64,000 nt of DNA from a virus (Duplodnaviria; Caudoviricetes). The notes beneath the pieces are model-generated. The model was not told the origin of the DNA. It saw only the letters and a list, made by a program, of their open reading frames with translations, and made no database searches. The stretch is from the IMG/VR virus record IMGVR_UViG_3300044981_000214, one strand, 5' to 3'. Positions 9,067-20,108 of the stretch are shown piece by piece. Made by a program: the position numbers and the translations under genes. The stretch's first letter is position 1; each line of letters begins with the position of its first letter.

Positions 9067-12000
9067 TTAAAATATCAGCGCAGCGTGCTCGATGTCCTGG
9101 CCAGTTATGGCCAATCACACGTTCGAAATAACGGGCCATGGTTCGGTCGCCTTTGGCAGCGAACTTTTGGCTAGTGGTGTGCAATAGCTCGTCTGTGACG
9201 TCAGCAACGGTCAGCATTTATGGAATCCTATTTTGGAACATCGTGTCAAGCGAAGCTTCATCTGTGCCGTACATATCCTTGAACTCTTTCCGCGTCATCG
9301 GCCATCTGCCCTTTAATGCACTGCGCAGGTCTCGCGCCCATCGTTGCATCTGTGATACAGCACTAGGCGGCATATTAGCGAAGTCTCCAGTATATGGGAC
9401 ATGTTGACCGCCTTTGCCACGACTCTCGAAATTGGCAATGGCACCTTCAAAAAGGTCGATAACTGCCCATATCGCAGCTCGTAGGCGTTCGGTTTCGTTA
9501 TCACCGGGCATGAATTAAATCTCCTCGAAATCAAACGTATTGAAATCGCCACCTTGATGCTCACATAACGTCCCATAAGTCATAGGAACACAAACACCAT
9601 CAGGGGATTGGATAGCCCAACGACAAACACGCGCGAGTGGACAGTGTATTTTCTTGGTCAGGTTACCTACAGGAATCGTTTCAGGTGCTGTACATCGTTT
9701 GGCTAGCTTACCCCACCAAGCATGGCATTGAGTACAGGGCTCGTGGGTTAACTGTGTCACGCCTCCGACGGACGGACATTGAATCTTCATGATGATAATG
9801 GCTTAGGGCACTGCCTAAGCGCTTCCTTGATCACATGGTCAACAGGTGCGTCGTTGCCGAGTTTGGCTTGAGCTGCATCGACAGCAGGAAACGCGACTCC
9901 AGGTTTGAATCCTAGTGTAGTTAGCGCCTTCCTGGCGTCATCACGAGTAGCCTTAGAATTGTATCCCGTATCGCCGGGATCACGCGAACGTGCTTGAACC
10001 ACACGTCTTGGAGCGCAACCCTGTGCGCTCGAATCTATTTGCTGGCGACGGTTCCCTCTAATTCGATCGGCTACAGCATCGATGACAATGCCGAACGCGA
10101 CTAGAAGCGCACCTGTACCAAGCAAGAAAATGTCGTTCCATGACAACATCTAAAAAGCTCGCCACATCCAGTAGGCAATGCAGATCAGGACAATCTGAAC
10201 AAAGAGAAAGTGTAGCGCAAAGGCAACTAGAGCGCCTAAGTCGCCGTTGTGAAGCCATTTAAGGAGATTCTTCATTTGCACTTTCTCAGCAGCTCCGAGT
10301 CGAAATAGTGCGAGCCTGCCCCTCCTGCCCAAACTTCACGGCCACCGCAACGCTTGCAGGTACGAACAGACCCGAACCTGTCATTGCTGGCGCAAGCGAC
10401 TATCGTTGACTCTTTGCGGCCGAATTGATGCGAAGCATCCGGCTTCGCATCCATCATGACCATTTCCATGTTAAGGGCGTAGATCATAGAGCGAGCGCTC
10501 CAACGCCAACCCAGCCAAAATCGCCGGTATCAGTCTCTACCAGAGCGTCCAGGTATTCAACCTGTCCAATGTCCTTGTAGGAATAGCCTTCACCGTCGGC
10601 CCACTTAGAATAGTCGATGACTATGGTCTTGATGCGCACCACTGTCCCTGCCTTGAAGACGTCAATGACAGGAGAATTTTGGGTCTGTTCGCCGTTGATA
10701 GGCTCACGGCGCATCTGAACCCCGGCTGACGTCTTAGCCTTGACGGTAGCCCCTACAACAATTTCATTCGACATTAGGAGACCTCGCGACCCATTGCCAT
10801 CCAAGCTCATCTCGAACGATATTGAGCCAATCCGCACAATCGCAATCGGCCATCAACGGGTATTTATAGAATTGAGATTTGTAGAATTGAGCGTAGTCCT
10901 TATGAAAAAGAACGATTCCAAGCAACGCTGCAGTGATGTTGTCCATGCCGGACATGGGATGAGGTGGAATAACGTAGTCCATGTTAATCCGCCGACTTCT
11001 TCATGCGCGTAGTCTTGGCGTAGAAAGCATCCGCTCCGTTATTAACAGCTTCTTCGTAGGCCTCGTTTGCCTCAGCCTCATCACGGTAGAAGGACACCGT
11101 GGTCTCGACGCCCCAGAAAGCAACCACAACCCAAGCACGGCCCTTGGAGGTGTCCCACGACTTCGGAGTAGCACTTGAGCCCTTGGGGTGCACAGCGGCA
11201 ACGCGGTCATCATAAGACGATTTATTCGGCTTATTGCGCATTTTACGCAGCCTCCCTCTTCAGGAACGTGCAGAAAATCTGCCCATTGCCCCTCAAATCG
11301 GTGCAGTAAACGACGCCACGATCCTCAAGCTCGTGAGCGATCTTGGTGTCAATCCACATCTCGCCATAAAGCTCGATGTCGCGGGCGATACGATTGAGTC
11401 GGTTGTTCTTCATTTGCGTCAATAACGATCGTGGATAGACGGTTATTTCTGGTTCTTTGTCCCACCGCACAAATATCCAGCAGGCGACAGTGGGCAGTCT
11501 TCTTCATGCATTTCTAGACCGTCACAAATAGCGCATGTCTCTAGTTCCTCAAAATCAATGACTTTAGCAATTGTCCCGAGGGCTGATTGAAGCTGGTTGA
11601 TAGAAGGCAAGTCCGGGCCTGGAACCTCGACTTCAATATAAATAATGCGTTTGGACATTAGTCGGTCCAATCTGCTGTAGCAATCTTGTGACAGGATTCA
11701 CAAAGGCCATCAACGTACTTAATTCGCCGCTTGTCGCAAGAATGACACATCACACGATGCGCAGGCGGCACATCGGGTGACTTCTTCAATGCGGTGATGA
11801 GGCGCTGAATCAACCTGACAGCATCCCGGTTAACGTCATGGGACTCCCAGTCTACATCAATCCAGTGCTGAATCTGTTCAAGCTGTTTAGCTGTGACAGG
11901 TCCTGAACGATTAGCAAGCCAGTGCAGGCTGACAGCGTCTAGTTTGGATCTAGTCATCGTCTCGCTCTTCAACATCATTTAAGCGATCTCTAAGGTCCGT

Positions 12001-12912
12001 TACACTGCTTGCGAGAATTCTTTCTGAACCGTCATAGGTAAAGCCGTCGTGGAGGATAACCATGACAAAACTAAAATCGCCTTCGCTCTCCTCGACTGTA
12101 GCTTGACGTATAAGAGCGATTCTAAAGTCCTTAGCGACGTGGTTCCACTTGGCTTTGCCTGTTATATTCTTGTTCATTACGTTGCCTTTGTTTGCCTTTG
12201 TAAATACTACTTACACCCGGGTCCGCAGCCGCCCGCAGCGATGCAACGCTTACACGTAACCTTACTGGGATCGTCAGTCGTGTTGGCGTTGGGCGGAATT
12301 TCTGTACGCTCACGACACCACAGGGTGTCGCCTCGCGAGCCGATCGTGCCTCCCTCGATTAGAAGGTGCGTAACTGTGCGCCAGTGCGGTCTACGAATTC
12401 GCGCTGCAAGGCTTCTTGCAGTCATGATGTTACTCGGTCTCGATTCCGAGGACCTTGACCTTTGGGAAGTCGTCCGTCTCGATTCCGAGGACCTTGATCA
12501 GCAGGTCACGAGCAGCGTCCAGTGCTCCCTCAGCCGACCCCAGGTCACCGTACTTACGGGCCGTACGAGACACGTCCAGATGGCTGATAGCGCGTGCGAT
12601 CATGTCAACGGCCTCGCCAGCACCAAGCTTCTCGACAAGATAAGCAGCGCGCTCGCGGTTAGTTTCCGAGATATGCCCCACCATTTGATCCATCTCTGTA
12701 GTCTGCACTGCGCCTCCGGCTACGGCCGTCACAAAGAACGGATAGCTTCGCGTGATCTCGGTCTCCAGCTTAGGCTTAGCCTTGTCATTCTCCTGGGAGT
12801 AGATCTTAATAGTCCACACCCCAGGCCGTGCCTTGGAAGCGTTAAGCGGGTTCAAATAAGAAGTAGTAGGATAAGAAGTAGTAGGAGCAATCTTGGTGTT
12901 TGTGTCCTTCAT
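9026..12912 (-). other. Run of about 14 small co-directional hypothetical phage genes
   Basis: Abutting minus-strand ORFs (9218, 9515, 10272, 10484, 10764, 10984, 11243, 11443, 11658, 11950, 12207, 12430). Confidence 0.65.
9787..10149 (-). CDS. Membrane protein with RuvA C-terminal-like domain
   Basis: N-terminal TM; DARKALTTLGFKPGVAFPAV...VDHVIKEALR resembles RuvA domain III. Confidence 0.65.
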   Translation of the reverse strand: MLSWNDIFLLGTGALLVAFGIVIDAVADRIRGNRRQQIDSSAQGCAPRRVVQARSRDPGDTGYNSKATRDDARKALTTLGFKPGVAFPAVDAAQAKLGNDAPVDHVIKEALRQCPKPLSS

Positions 12913-12963
12913 ATCAACCCAACGCCACTCTACTAGCGCCTATTCCAAAAATCAAGTCAAGAG

Positions 12964-13551
12964 CTAGTCGTCATCCGAAACTCCCCCAAGTCCTTGTACC
13001 AGCGTACCTAACGCCGGAGGTCTTAACCCGGCCTTAAGGTAAGGGTAAGCCAAAGCTGTTGGCTGTGACTTAGCCATCTCGATAGCCACCATGCAGGTTT
13101 GCCTGATGGACGAACATACAGGAATATTCGGGTACGAGAGCTGTAGTCGCCTACGTAGGTAGGCCCCTCCAGTAAAACCCCGTTCAAACCCCACGACTAC
13201 ACGGGCAAGGCCTGCCTGCGACTTGATAGCCCACTCTCCAAGCTCGAATCGTGCCGCTTGGGCATAACTGCGATTGCAGCGGTGCGAAGTCTCCTTTGGA
13301 AAAAGAAAAAGCTGCACCCCGTTGACAGCTGCTTGCTCTTGCAACACCCGCGACCATTGAAGCTGATCTTCGAGCTTGCCGTTAAACGATTTGGCGCGTG
13401 GGTTAGCAAAGTGCATATTTCTTGACGCGTGCTGCGTCAAAATCGCTAGTGCTTCGCGTTGCCACTCCGCACAGCCCTGAATGGGACCATTCAAGTATAT
13501 CAACGGCTCGGATAAAGGCTGTTGAGGGAGATCAGGTGCAGTGAAAATCAT
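12964..13551 (-). CDS. Nucleoside 2-deoxyribosyltransferase-like protein
   Basis: IYLNGPIQGCAEWQ, ANPR, QLQW and RFELGEW motifs. Confidence 0.7.
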   Translation of the reverse strand: MIFTAPDLPQQPLSEPLIYLNGPIQGCAEWQREALAILTQHASRNMHFANPRAKSFNGKLEDQLQWSRVLQEQAAVNGVQLFLFPKETSHRCNRSYAQAARFELGEWAIKSQAGLARVVVGFERGFTGGAYLRRRLQLSYPNIPVCSSIRQTCMVAIEMAKSQPTALAYPYLKAGLRPPALGTLVQGLGGVSDDD

Positions 13552-13566
13552 GGTAAACTATTTAAT

Positions 13567-14178
13567 ATGCAACCGCTTGGGGATGTACAACCGACCCAAC
13601 AAATTTTCGAGTTTTCTTGTGGCAGTGCGGCATTAAAGGCCGTTCTAAAGCATTGGGGTATGGATGTTGACGAACCGACACTAATTGATCTTATCGGTGT
13701 AGACCCAAAGACAGGTAGCACTGCGTACCAAGTCGAGCGTGCCGCAAAGAAGCTCGGGTATCAAGCCATAACTTTTGAGTTCGACAACGTGGAGGAACTT
13801 AAACCTTTCGTCGACAATCACGTGCCCGTCATCATGGCTATCCAGAGCTTCAAACGGCCAGATCAAGGGCACTTCGTCGTCGGAACGAAAGTCCAAGACA
13901 ACACAATCGATATTATGGACCCAAACGTCAAAGGCAACTGGCGGACGATCTCGAAAGCTGAAGCTACTCGACGCTGGAAGTTTCGTGACAACGTGGGCAT
14001 TGTGGTAACGCCTAAGTCAGGTTTGGGGGAATTGGATTGGGTACGGTCAAGAAATCGGCAAATGTACGATTATGGTCGTGGGGTTGGAATTGCCGAAGAT
14101 GCCACCTGTAATCCACTTCTTTGGGCCGTCGGAGGGATAGCTGCTACGTTAGCTGCGGTGTGGCTGATTACGCGCTAG
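13567..14178 (+). CDS. C39-like cysteine peptidase with C-terminal membrane anchor
   Basis: QQIFEFSCGSAAL (Gln/Cys), GHFVV (His), MDPN (Asp); TM + R at the end; start set 7 nt after TGGTAAACT. Confidence 0.85.
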   Translation: MQPLGDVQPTQQIFEFSCGSAALKAVLKHWGMDVDEPTLIDLIGVDPKTGSTAYQVERAAKKLGYQAITFEFDNVEELKPFVDNHVPVIMAIQSFKRPDQGHFVVGTKVQDNTIDIMDPNVKGNWRTISKAEATRRWKFRDNVGIVVTPKSGLGELDWVRSRNRQMYDYGRGVGIAEDATCNPLLWAVGGIAATLAAVWLITR

Positions 14179-14444
14179 CACTTTTCTTTGAAAACGGCGT
14201 CTCCGCCACCCCACGATGTTCCTATTAGGCCAAACAACAGTGAAAATAGAAACGAGTTGTTAGGACAGCCCGACGGTGAAGCTGAGGGCGATACTTTATC
14301 GAACATAATATCTGCTAAAACGCCTAAAGCTAACCCGACGCTACTTCCAATTGCTACTCCTTTAATGTATTGGCCTTGCGTAATAGGGCACGCCGTTTTA
14401 GTTGTATCTCCTAATTGGTGCACATTTCGCCTATTTCGTCTCAT
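14175..14444 (-). CDS. Small two-TM protein with basic LGD leader
   Basis: MRRNRRNVHQLGD; two hydrophobic Gly-rich segments. Confidence 0.7.
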   Translation of the reverse strand: MRRNRRNVHQLGDTTKTACPITQGQYIKGVAIGSSVGLALGVLADIMFDKVSPSASPSGCPNNSFLFSLLFGLIGTSWGGGDAVFKEKC

Positions 14445-14461
14445 CTTCTGATTATCACACG

Positions 14462-14620
14462 AAAAAAAAAAACACTAGCGCGAAGTAGTAAGACCTAATT
14501 ACGTGCCTATCCGGTTAACGCTCATTGAGCAACCCGGCTTCCCTCAACAGGAGGCTGATGACAGATCTTAGCTAGATCTACCAGCTGTCTTTTCGACAAC
14601 GCACTCAGCCCGAGATTAAG
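14462..14620 (-). ncRNA. Orphan TnpB omegaRNA with about 21-nt variable tail and T11 tract
   Basis: Scaffold near-identical to about 54230-54353; diverges after GTAAT(T/G)AGG; hairpins conserved. Confidence 0.6.
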
Positions 14621-14852
14621 TATGTTCTGTGCCGAGTTCACGTCTCGGTCGTGGCTAGCGCCACATTCAGAACATACCCATTCCCTTATTCCAAGACCTG
14701 CGATACCTTTCGGCCTCGACTCGGGGATAATTCCACAAGCCGAACAGGTTTGGGTCGTGAAACGCTCTGACACTTCTTCGAATATCCCTTGGCGCCTTCT
14801 GGCCTTGTAATCAAGGGCTTGTTTGGAAGCGTACCAGCCTGCATCATAGATT
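14494..14852 (-). pseudogene. tnpB: 3' remnant of TnpB-2-like gene
   Basis: IYDAGWY...CSAC..CSEC..HDRDVNSAQNI; nearly identical to about 53997-54353; the 5' part is absent. Confidence 0.9.
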
Positions 14853-15124
14853 GTTGGGTTCTCGCAGTACCGACAGACCTAACAAATGCTCTACAGGCAG
14901 TATTGAATATAGGCAATCATGACTTGGCGAAAGAGTTAGCGAATGATGCAGGCTGGTCTCTAACATTGGTTCATACCTTCCAATCCTGGGGACCGAATTA
15001 TTACCAGTTGAGCATCAGAAGTGAGACGCCCCCTTTATTTGAAAGACATATGTATTTAATCTACATAGACCGTGTATTAGAATACGTTCCCTGCCCCAAG
15101 GAACGTGTTCATACCTATGTGTAA
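14789..15124 (+). CDS. ALQA-module family protein, possibly 5'-truncated
   Basis: PTDLTNALQAVLNIGNHDLAKELANDAGW; no start codon between the tnpB remnant and the module. Confidence 0.55.
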   Translation: MAPSGLVIKGLFGSVPACIIDCWVLAVPTDLTNALQAVLNIGNHDLAKELANDAGWSLTLVHTFQSWGPNYYQLSIRSETPPLFERHMYLIYIDRVLEYVPCPKERVHTYV

Positions 15125-15389
15125 CGACGGCGAGACTAGCCACGATTTCCTTGAGGCTCTTCAGGCCTTACTAAGGGTAGGTACAGACGAGGCTAAAGGC
15201 ATCGCGAAACAGCTTTGTCTCGATGCAGGATGGATACTAACCACCTATTCCAGCTTTGATAACGAGCCCTTTTGGGAACTGCAAAATTTTACAAGATACC
15301 CTGGTAAAGTCTTATATAGATATGTCCTCACTGATCGGATATCCGATTTGAAGACTTGGTACCCTGACACACTTGATATACTGGAGTAA
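15105..15389 (+). CDS. ALQA-module family protein
   Basis: DFLEALQALLRVG...AKQLCLDAGW. Confidence 0.7.
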   Translation: MFIPMCNDGETSHDFLEALQALLRVGTDEAKGIAKQLCLDAGWILTTYSSFDNEPFWELQNFTRYPGKVLYRYVLTDRISDLKTWYPDTLDILE

Positions 15390-15395
15390 CAACCC

Positions 15396-16667
15396 ATGGC
15401 TGCAATCCTGCCCAATCTCGAAGTTCCCGAAGACATATCGATTCTAGAACGCGAATATTCAAAATGCGCCTCGTCGATGCATGGCGCAACGCTAGGCGAA
15501 AACAGTCCTAGCTGTCCATCGCCCGACACAGTCATCGCAGAGGCGCACGCAGGCCTACTCAACATGGTATTCGTTCGTGAGGCTGTAGAACAGAGTCTCA
15601 TAGACGTAACGTTCATTGCTCAGGCCGGAAATCTGGCTGGTAAAGATACTAAGGGCGTATACCTAGTACTCGACAAGCCGATCGGTAGGGGGCCGGCGTG
15701 GAACCCTACTACAAATCCTGACGTCCAACAGTATTCGTTGCTGAGCTGGACTAGCAAGATGGCTTGCCCCTCGTTCAGCTTGCCTGCAGGTGATATAACC
15801 ATTGGCGGTAGCTGTCCCGGGGCTGCAGCAGGACAGAGTGTCGTCCCCGAAGGACGGTTAGTTGCAGCCCAAAGACTAGTTGCCAAGATTATCAAGAAAG
15901 AAGTCAATTTGGCGCAGTGTATCTGTGAGCACTGCTATAGTATGGGAGGTCAGTACAGCACTGGCCAGGTCCAGTACGCACAGATCCTACGCTATCTATG
16001 GGCACGGCAAGCCATCAATGTTGTAGCACCAGCACCAGATGGCTCGCCGTCTACTGCGTTTATCGAGACGATGGTTTATGCAATCGACAACGCCAATTTC
16101 TACCTCCAAGGCAGCAAAGGCGAAGACGCTGAACTAGTTCCCGAGCAATCCGGCAAGAAATTTTTTCGTATTCACGATTCAGGCGATTTCTTTGAGGAAG
16201 AATATCTTAGCCAATGGAAACAAATCGCTAGGCGTCTACCGCATATTCACTTCTGGGCACCTTCGAGGATTTGGGCCACAAGTTGGGGCATTGACGCAGT
16301 CAATAAGATCAACTCGCCGATTGATAACTTAGTTATTAGACCGTCGAGCTATGAAATCAACGAGCATCCACCACGAGATTTGGGTCCGGGATGGAGTGCT
16401 GGATCAACAGTGATTGCAGCTGACCAATTTCTTGGAATGACATCAGAGCTTGAGAAATATGTCTACGAGCACGCGCAACGAGTAGCGGTTCGCCCGAATG
16501 GACCTGATCCAAGAGCAGATTGGAACTGCCAAGCCTACTCCACCGAAGACGCTAAGCACACTTGCAGGAAAGCCGTAGCGCCTCCTGGGAAAGGTGGCGT
16601 TGCTGGCAAAGGCTGCCGAGCTTGTTGGCTAAGTACCGATTTAGTAGTTAACTATACGTTACATTAA
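15396..16667 (+). CDS. GP88-like (radical-SAM-like) phage protein
   Basis: TSKMACPSFSLPA, SCPG, ICEHCY, FFRIHDSGDFF, FWAPSR and CRACW motifs. Confidence 0.75.
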   Translation: MAAILPNLEVPEDISILEREYSKCASSMHGATLGENSPSCPSPDTVIAEAHAGLLNMVFVREAVEQSLIDVTFIAQAGNLAGKDTKGVYLVLDKPIGRGPAWNPTTNPDVQQYSLLSWTSKMACPSFSLPAGDITIGGSCPGAAAGQSVVPEGRLVAAQRLVAKIIKKEVNLAQCICEHCYSMGGQYSTGQVQYAQILRYLWARQAINVVAPAPDGSPSTAFIETMVYAIDNANFYLQGSKGEDAELVPEQSGKKFFRIHDSGDFFEEEYLSQWKQIARRLPHIHFWAPSRIWATSWGIDAVNKINSPIDNLVIRPSSYEINEHPPRDLGPGWSAGSTVIAADQFLGMTSELEKYVYEHAQRVAVRPNGPDPRADWNCQAYSTEDAKHTCRKAVAPPGKGGVAGKGCRACWLSTDLVVNYTLH

Positions 16668-16694
16668 AGTTATTTGTAGAGGAATAAACGGTAA

Positions 16695-17315
16695 TTATTG
16701 AATGTCCTCTGGCTGAACGCTTGTAAATACACCGTCGCCCTTTGAGCCTATCGCTGTAATAATGCCTACTAGTTTACCTTGGGCGTTAAATACTCCTGCA
16801 CCTGAATTACCGTGCTGCACTGCACCTGTGAAATTTACATCGCGACCGCCAGGACCGCCTACAGAGGTTACTACTCCGCATAATGTGTCAACCTTCGGGT
16901 CGGCCACGTGAGCACATACTGTTTCACCGATCTTCACGGCAGCAACTTCTGGGGATGCCAATGTATCGCCCAATGAACCGTTTGGAATTGACAATAATGC
17001 AAGATCCCTTGCACGAGATAGCCAAATGACCGAAGCGAAGGCATGACTCCCATTAGGAAGTTCAACGTATAGGCCTTGAACATTACAATCAGCCATATGC
17101 CCTGCAGTCAACACGCGCCTCGGCCCTAAGGCGATACCTGTACCTCTATAGCCTGTGTAGGCTTGATTTGTTGTGGTTAGGTCAACCTTTACACAAATCT
17201 CGTCAAGACGAACTGTCACTGCTGCTTGATAAGCTGGGGTAAATATCGAAGAACGGGATGACGAAAAACATCCAGTCATTATGCTAGCAACAAGCCACAA
17301 CCGAAAACCGCGCAT
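16695..17315 (-). CDS. Trypsin-like serine protease, putative lipoprotein
   Basis: LTAGH, DLALL, GNSGAGV triad motifs; MTGC lipobox-like. Confidence 0.85.
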   Translation of the reverse strand: MRGFRLWLVASIMTGCFSSSRSSIFTPAYQAAVTVRLDEICVKVDLTTTNQAYTGYRGTGIALGPRRVLTAGHMADCNVQGLYVELPNGSHAFASVIWLSRARDLALLSIPNGSLGDTLASPEVAAVKIGETVCAHVADPKVDTLCGVVTSVGGPGGRDVNFTGAVQHGNSGAGVFNAQGKLVGIITAIGSKGDGVFTSVQPEDIQ

Positions 17316-17341
17316 GCATAGATCGTAACACGAATGGCACT

Positions 17342-17989
17342 TTACTCAGCTGCTATAGTATTTGCGGCGTTTAGCAAAAACCAAGTAGGGTCGAGCAGTG
17401 TATTAGGCCGTTCACCGCGACGGGGCCATTCGGGCGCATCACGTGTACCATGCTTGTGCAATTCCAAGTGAAGCATCGCCATAGGTCGACCTTTGTCGTG
17501 TATTAACACAGTCTTGACGCAACCGATCAAATTCTTTGCCTTTATCATCTGTCCGACAGTAAGCGTTGTAGAAATTTCGCCGTATACGACAACGCCGGTC
17601 CTACCTTCAACCAATACAGCGTCTGTATCAGACCAATATGAAGAGCTGGCTTTAGCTCCTGTGAACGGTAGGACAGCTACTACCGTCCCGTCTTCAACCG
17701 CTGTTACTGGTGTTCCTTCTGGACAATACAAGTCGACGCCCTCGTGTATATGGTGTTTTCTTACGAAGGCAAAGCTACCGGGATGCGGTGCTAGCGGGAT
17801 TGCAATCTCGAATTTCTTGAGGCTCTTGAACGATTCGCTATCACGTGATGGAATTAGCTTGAAGTCTAACAACGGAGAGTACCAAGGGATATCTCCAACG
17901 GTTGCAGGCACTGCTGGGCGCGCTGCAAGAGGCCAACAGTGCAAGCCTTCAACCCAAACAAAGAGGCCAACCAACACATACTCAATCAT
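17342..17989 (-). CDS. M23 family metallopeptidase
   Basis: HEGVDLY (HxxxD), GTPVTAVEDGTV, MLHLE (first His of HxH replaced). Confidence 0.85.
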   Translation of the reverse strand: MIEYVLVGLFVWVEGLHCWPLAARPAVPATVGDIPWYSPLLDFKLIPSRDSESFKSLKKFEIAIPLAPHPGSFAFVRKHHIHEGVDLYCPEGTPVTAVEDGTVVAVLPFTGAKASSSYWSDTDAVLVEGRTGVVVYGEISTTLTVGQMIKAKNLIGCVKTVLIHDKGRPMAMLHLELHKHGTRDAPEWPRRGERPNTLLDPTWFLLNAANTIAAE

Positions 17990-17997
17990 GGCTTAAA

Positions 17998-18966
17998 TCA
18001 CGGCCCGATCGTATAGATGCTAGCGCCGTTGTTATCCTCATCACCAGGATCACCGAAATAGTTGAAGCTGTAGAGATGGATCTTGATGAACAAGGCTACA
18101 TATGGATCGTATGGATTCATGTCAGGATTGGTCCTGACTGTCTTCCACCAATCGCTTGGAGGTTCATTTTCCTTATCCCATTCTGGCCACATACCATACG
18201 CGGGCAGGTACCAAATATTCATGCCACAAGCGGTACAGCCCATCGTTTGATCCCACACCTCGATAATGCCATCACTGCACTGTTGCGGTAGTTCACGCCA
18301 ATCACCTTCCCAACAAATTTGGTTGTAAGGCTTATCTTTAATCTGACAGTTGCTCATAGCATTTTCTTGGTCTTATTGTGCGGGTCCAGTCCTAGCTGTT
18401 CACGAACCTCATGATTTAGCATCACCTTTACTGTATTAGCAACCTCAGTCATAGTTGGCTCAGTACCCCACGGTTGGGTAGTCTTGAATTCCGCTATTTC
18501 GCCCGTTTCTACATCGAGCGAGCATATTCTACACTCGATAACCCATGCGGTAGGGTCTTCAATATTCCTTGTCACAGATACTTTACAAGACTCAGGAAGC
18601 TTAATCGTGAAGGTCTCTGGCTCCGTAATCGTTCGTACGGCCGGGTCCCATTCAGCAATCAGCGCATCGATTGCATCTTTGGCTTGACGTAGCTCTTGTT
18701 CCTTTGTTAGCTCTCGAACTTTAGCTAGTTTCTTATCCCACTCCTCATTGGTCACGGCGAGGACCTCTTTCTCCTTTAGCTAGCCAAAATGCTAGAATCG
18801 TGTTCGCTGATGCGAACAAGAAATAAAGGGGCCATGCAAGGAACAGCGCGGTCTTCTCTAACCAGCGCCATCGTAGGGACCAACTCCAGGCACTAAACAC
18901 GCCGTCAACGTAGACCGTAAGGCCGATTAGTAGATATGCTGCAATACCGTAGATGAACATTGGCAC
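17998..18966 (-). other. Three small hypothetical genes (17998, 18354, 18745), the last a membrane protein
   Basis: Abutting ORFs. Confidence 0.55.
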
Positions 18967-18990
18967 TAGAAAGCAGTGTACAATTATTTC

Positions 18991-19464
18991 GTGCCCACTA
19001 AGAAAAAATCAGCTTCAAGCGCCCCACCTTGCTTGAAGGTCAAGATCGGGGCTAGCAAGGGAACGCATCAGCGTACCGAAGGCGGTTGTGCGACTGTTGG
19101 CACGGGCAGTTTTGATCGTAAGTCTTTCAACCTCGGCAAGAAATTCGGTGCGACGTCCAAGACTGTTGACGCTATCGATGGCAAATATTGCGGTACCGAC
19201 AAGCATGGTAAGAAGAAAAAGTGCCCTGAACCTTGTCAGGCGGTCTCGAAGCGTAAGACCTGTCCTGTTCAGTTAGTGTTTGACCGCGGACAACCGTTTC
19301 TACGTTTTTGTCGAGCAGCTAAAGAAGCGGGATATCGAGTAAACGTCGAGTCGAGCCGAGAGGCTGTAAGTGTAGCAGAGAGGGCCTGTGCGCACTGGAA
19401 GCGTGTTGGCTCGTTTGAGGGCTACTTCCCGAGTGGGACGCCGCTAAGGGGACGCACCAAGTGA
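18991..19464 (+). CDS. Basic Cys-rich protein
   Basis: Lys/Cys-rich; FNLG-KKFG motifs; TACAAT 6 nt before GTG. Confidence 0.65.
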   Translation: MPTKKKSASSAPPCLKVKIGASKGTHQRTEGGCATVGTGSFDRKSFNLGKKFGATSKTVDAIDGKYCGTDKHGKKKKCPEPCQAVSKRKTCPVQLVFDRGQPFLRFCRAAKEAGYRVNVESSREAVSVAERACAHWKRVGSFEGYFPSGTPLRGRTK

Positions 19465-20108
19465 CTACCTTTCTGGTTGCAGCGACTATGATCCAATAGC
19501 CATTGTGTGGCTTGACTGTCACGTGCCGGCCAACCAGCATCAGACCCGATACAACAGTATGTCGCACCGCAACCGCACGTCAGAGTCGTGCCTGCCCAAT
19601 TTTTTGACGTGTTGATCACTGGCTATCTAGCCTTCTTTGGCAATCCGGCGCCAATTGTCTTGATCCAACGATTCCAGTAAGCCCTTGCAACCCTACGTGC
19701 CTCTTCCTGTTGGGCTTTGGTAGTATTCCACGGTATCTGTACGCCAAGATTATCTATCACCCAGTCCTCGATTTCGAATGTCGAGAACTTGAACTTGGGT
19801 CCGCGGTATTTGGGATTGAGCATACAAATAAAGAAATCGGTAGATATCTTCTCTGCAAGGGCTCTAACTGTATCGGTTCTACTTAGCATTTGATCGACCT
19901 GCTTCAAACTCTTCAAGGTATCTAGAGAAAGTAACTTCCGGATCATCTTCCTCCAGTAATTCATTAACGATACTTAGGGCCATATTCCATTCGTCCGGCC
20001 TTTGCTGATTAACGGTACAGGCTAGTTTGATTGCCTTGTCTAGGTAATACCTAATGACCTTAGCTGCCGCAGTACGCTGAGCCTTAGTAGGCTTTCGTTT
20101 CTTTTTCT

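Noticed and set aside
12049-12936. 295-aa plus-strand ORF
   Set aside because: Antisense shadow of promoter-supported minus-strand genes
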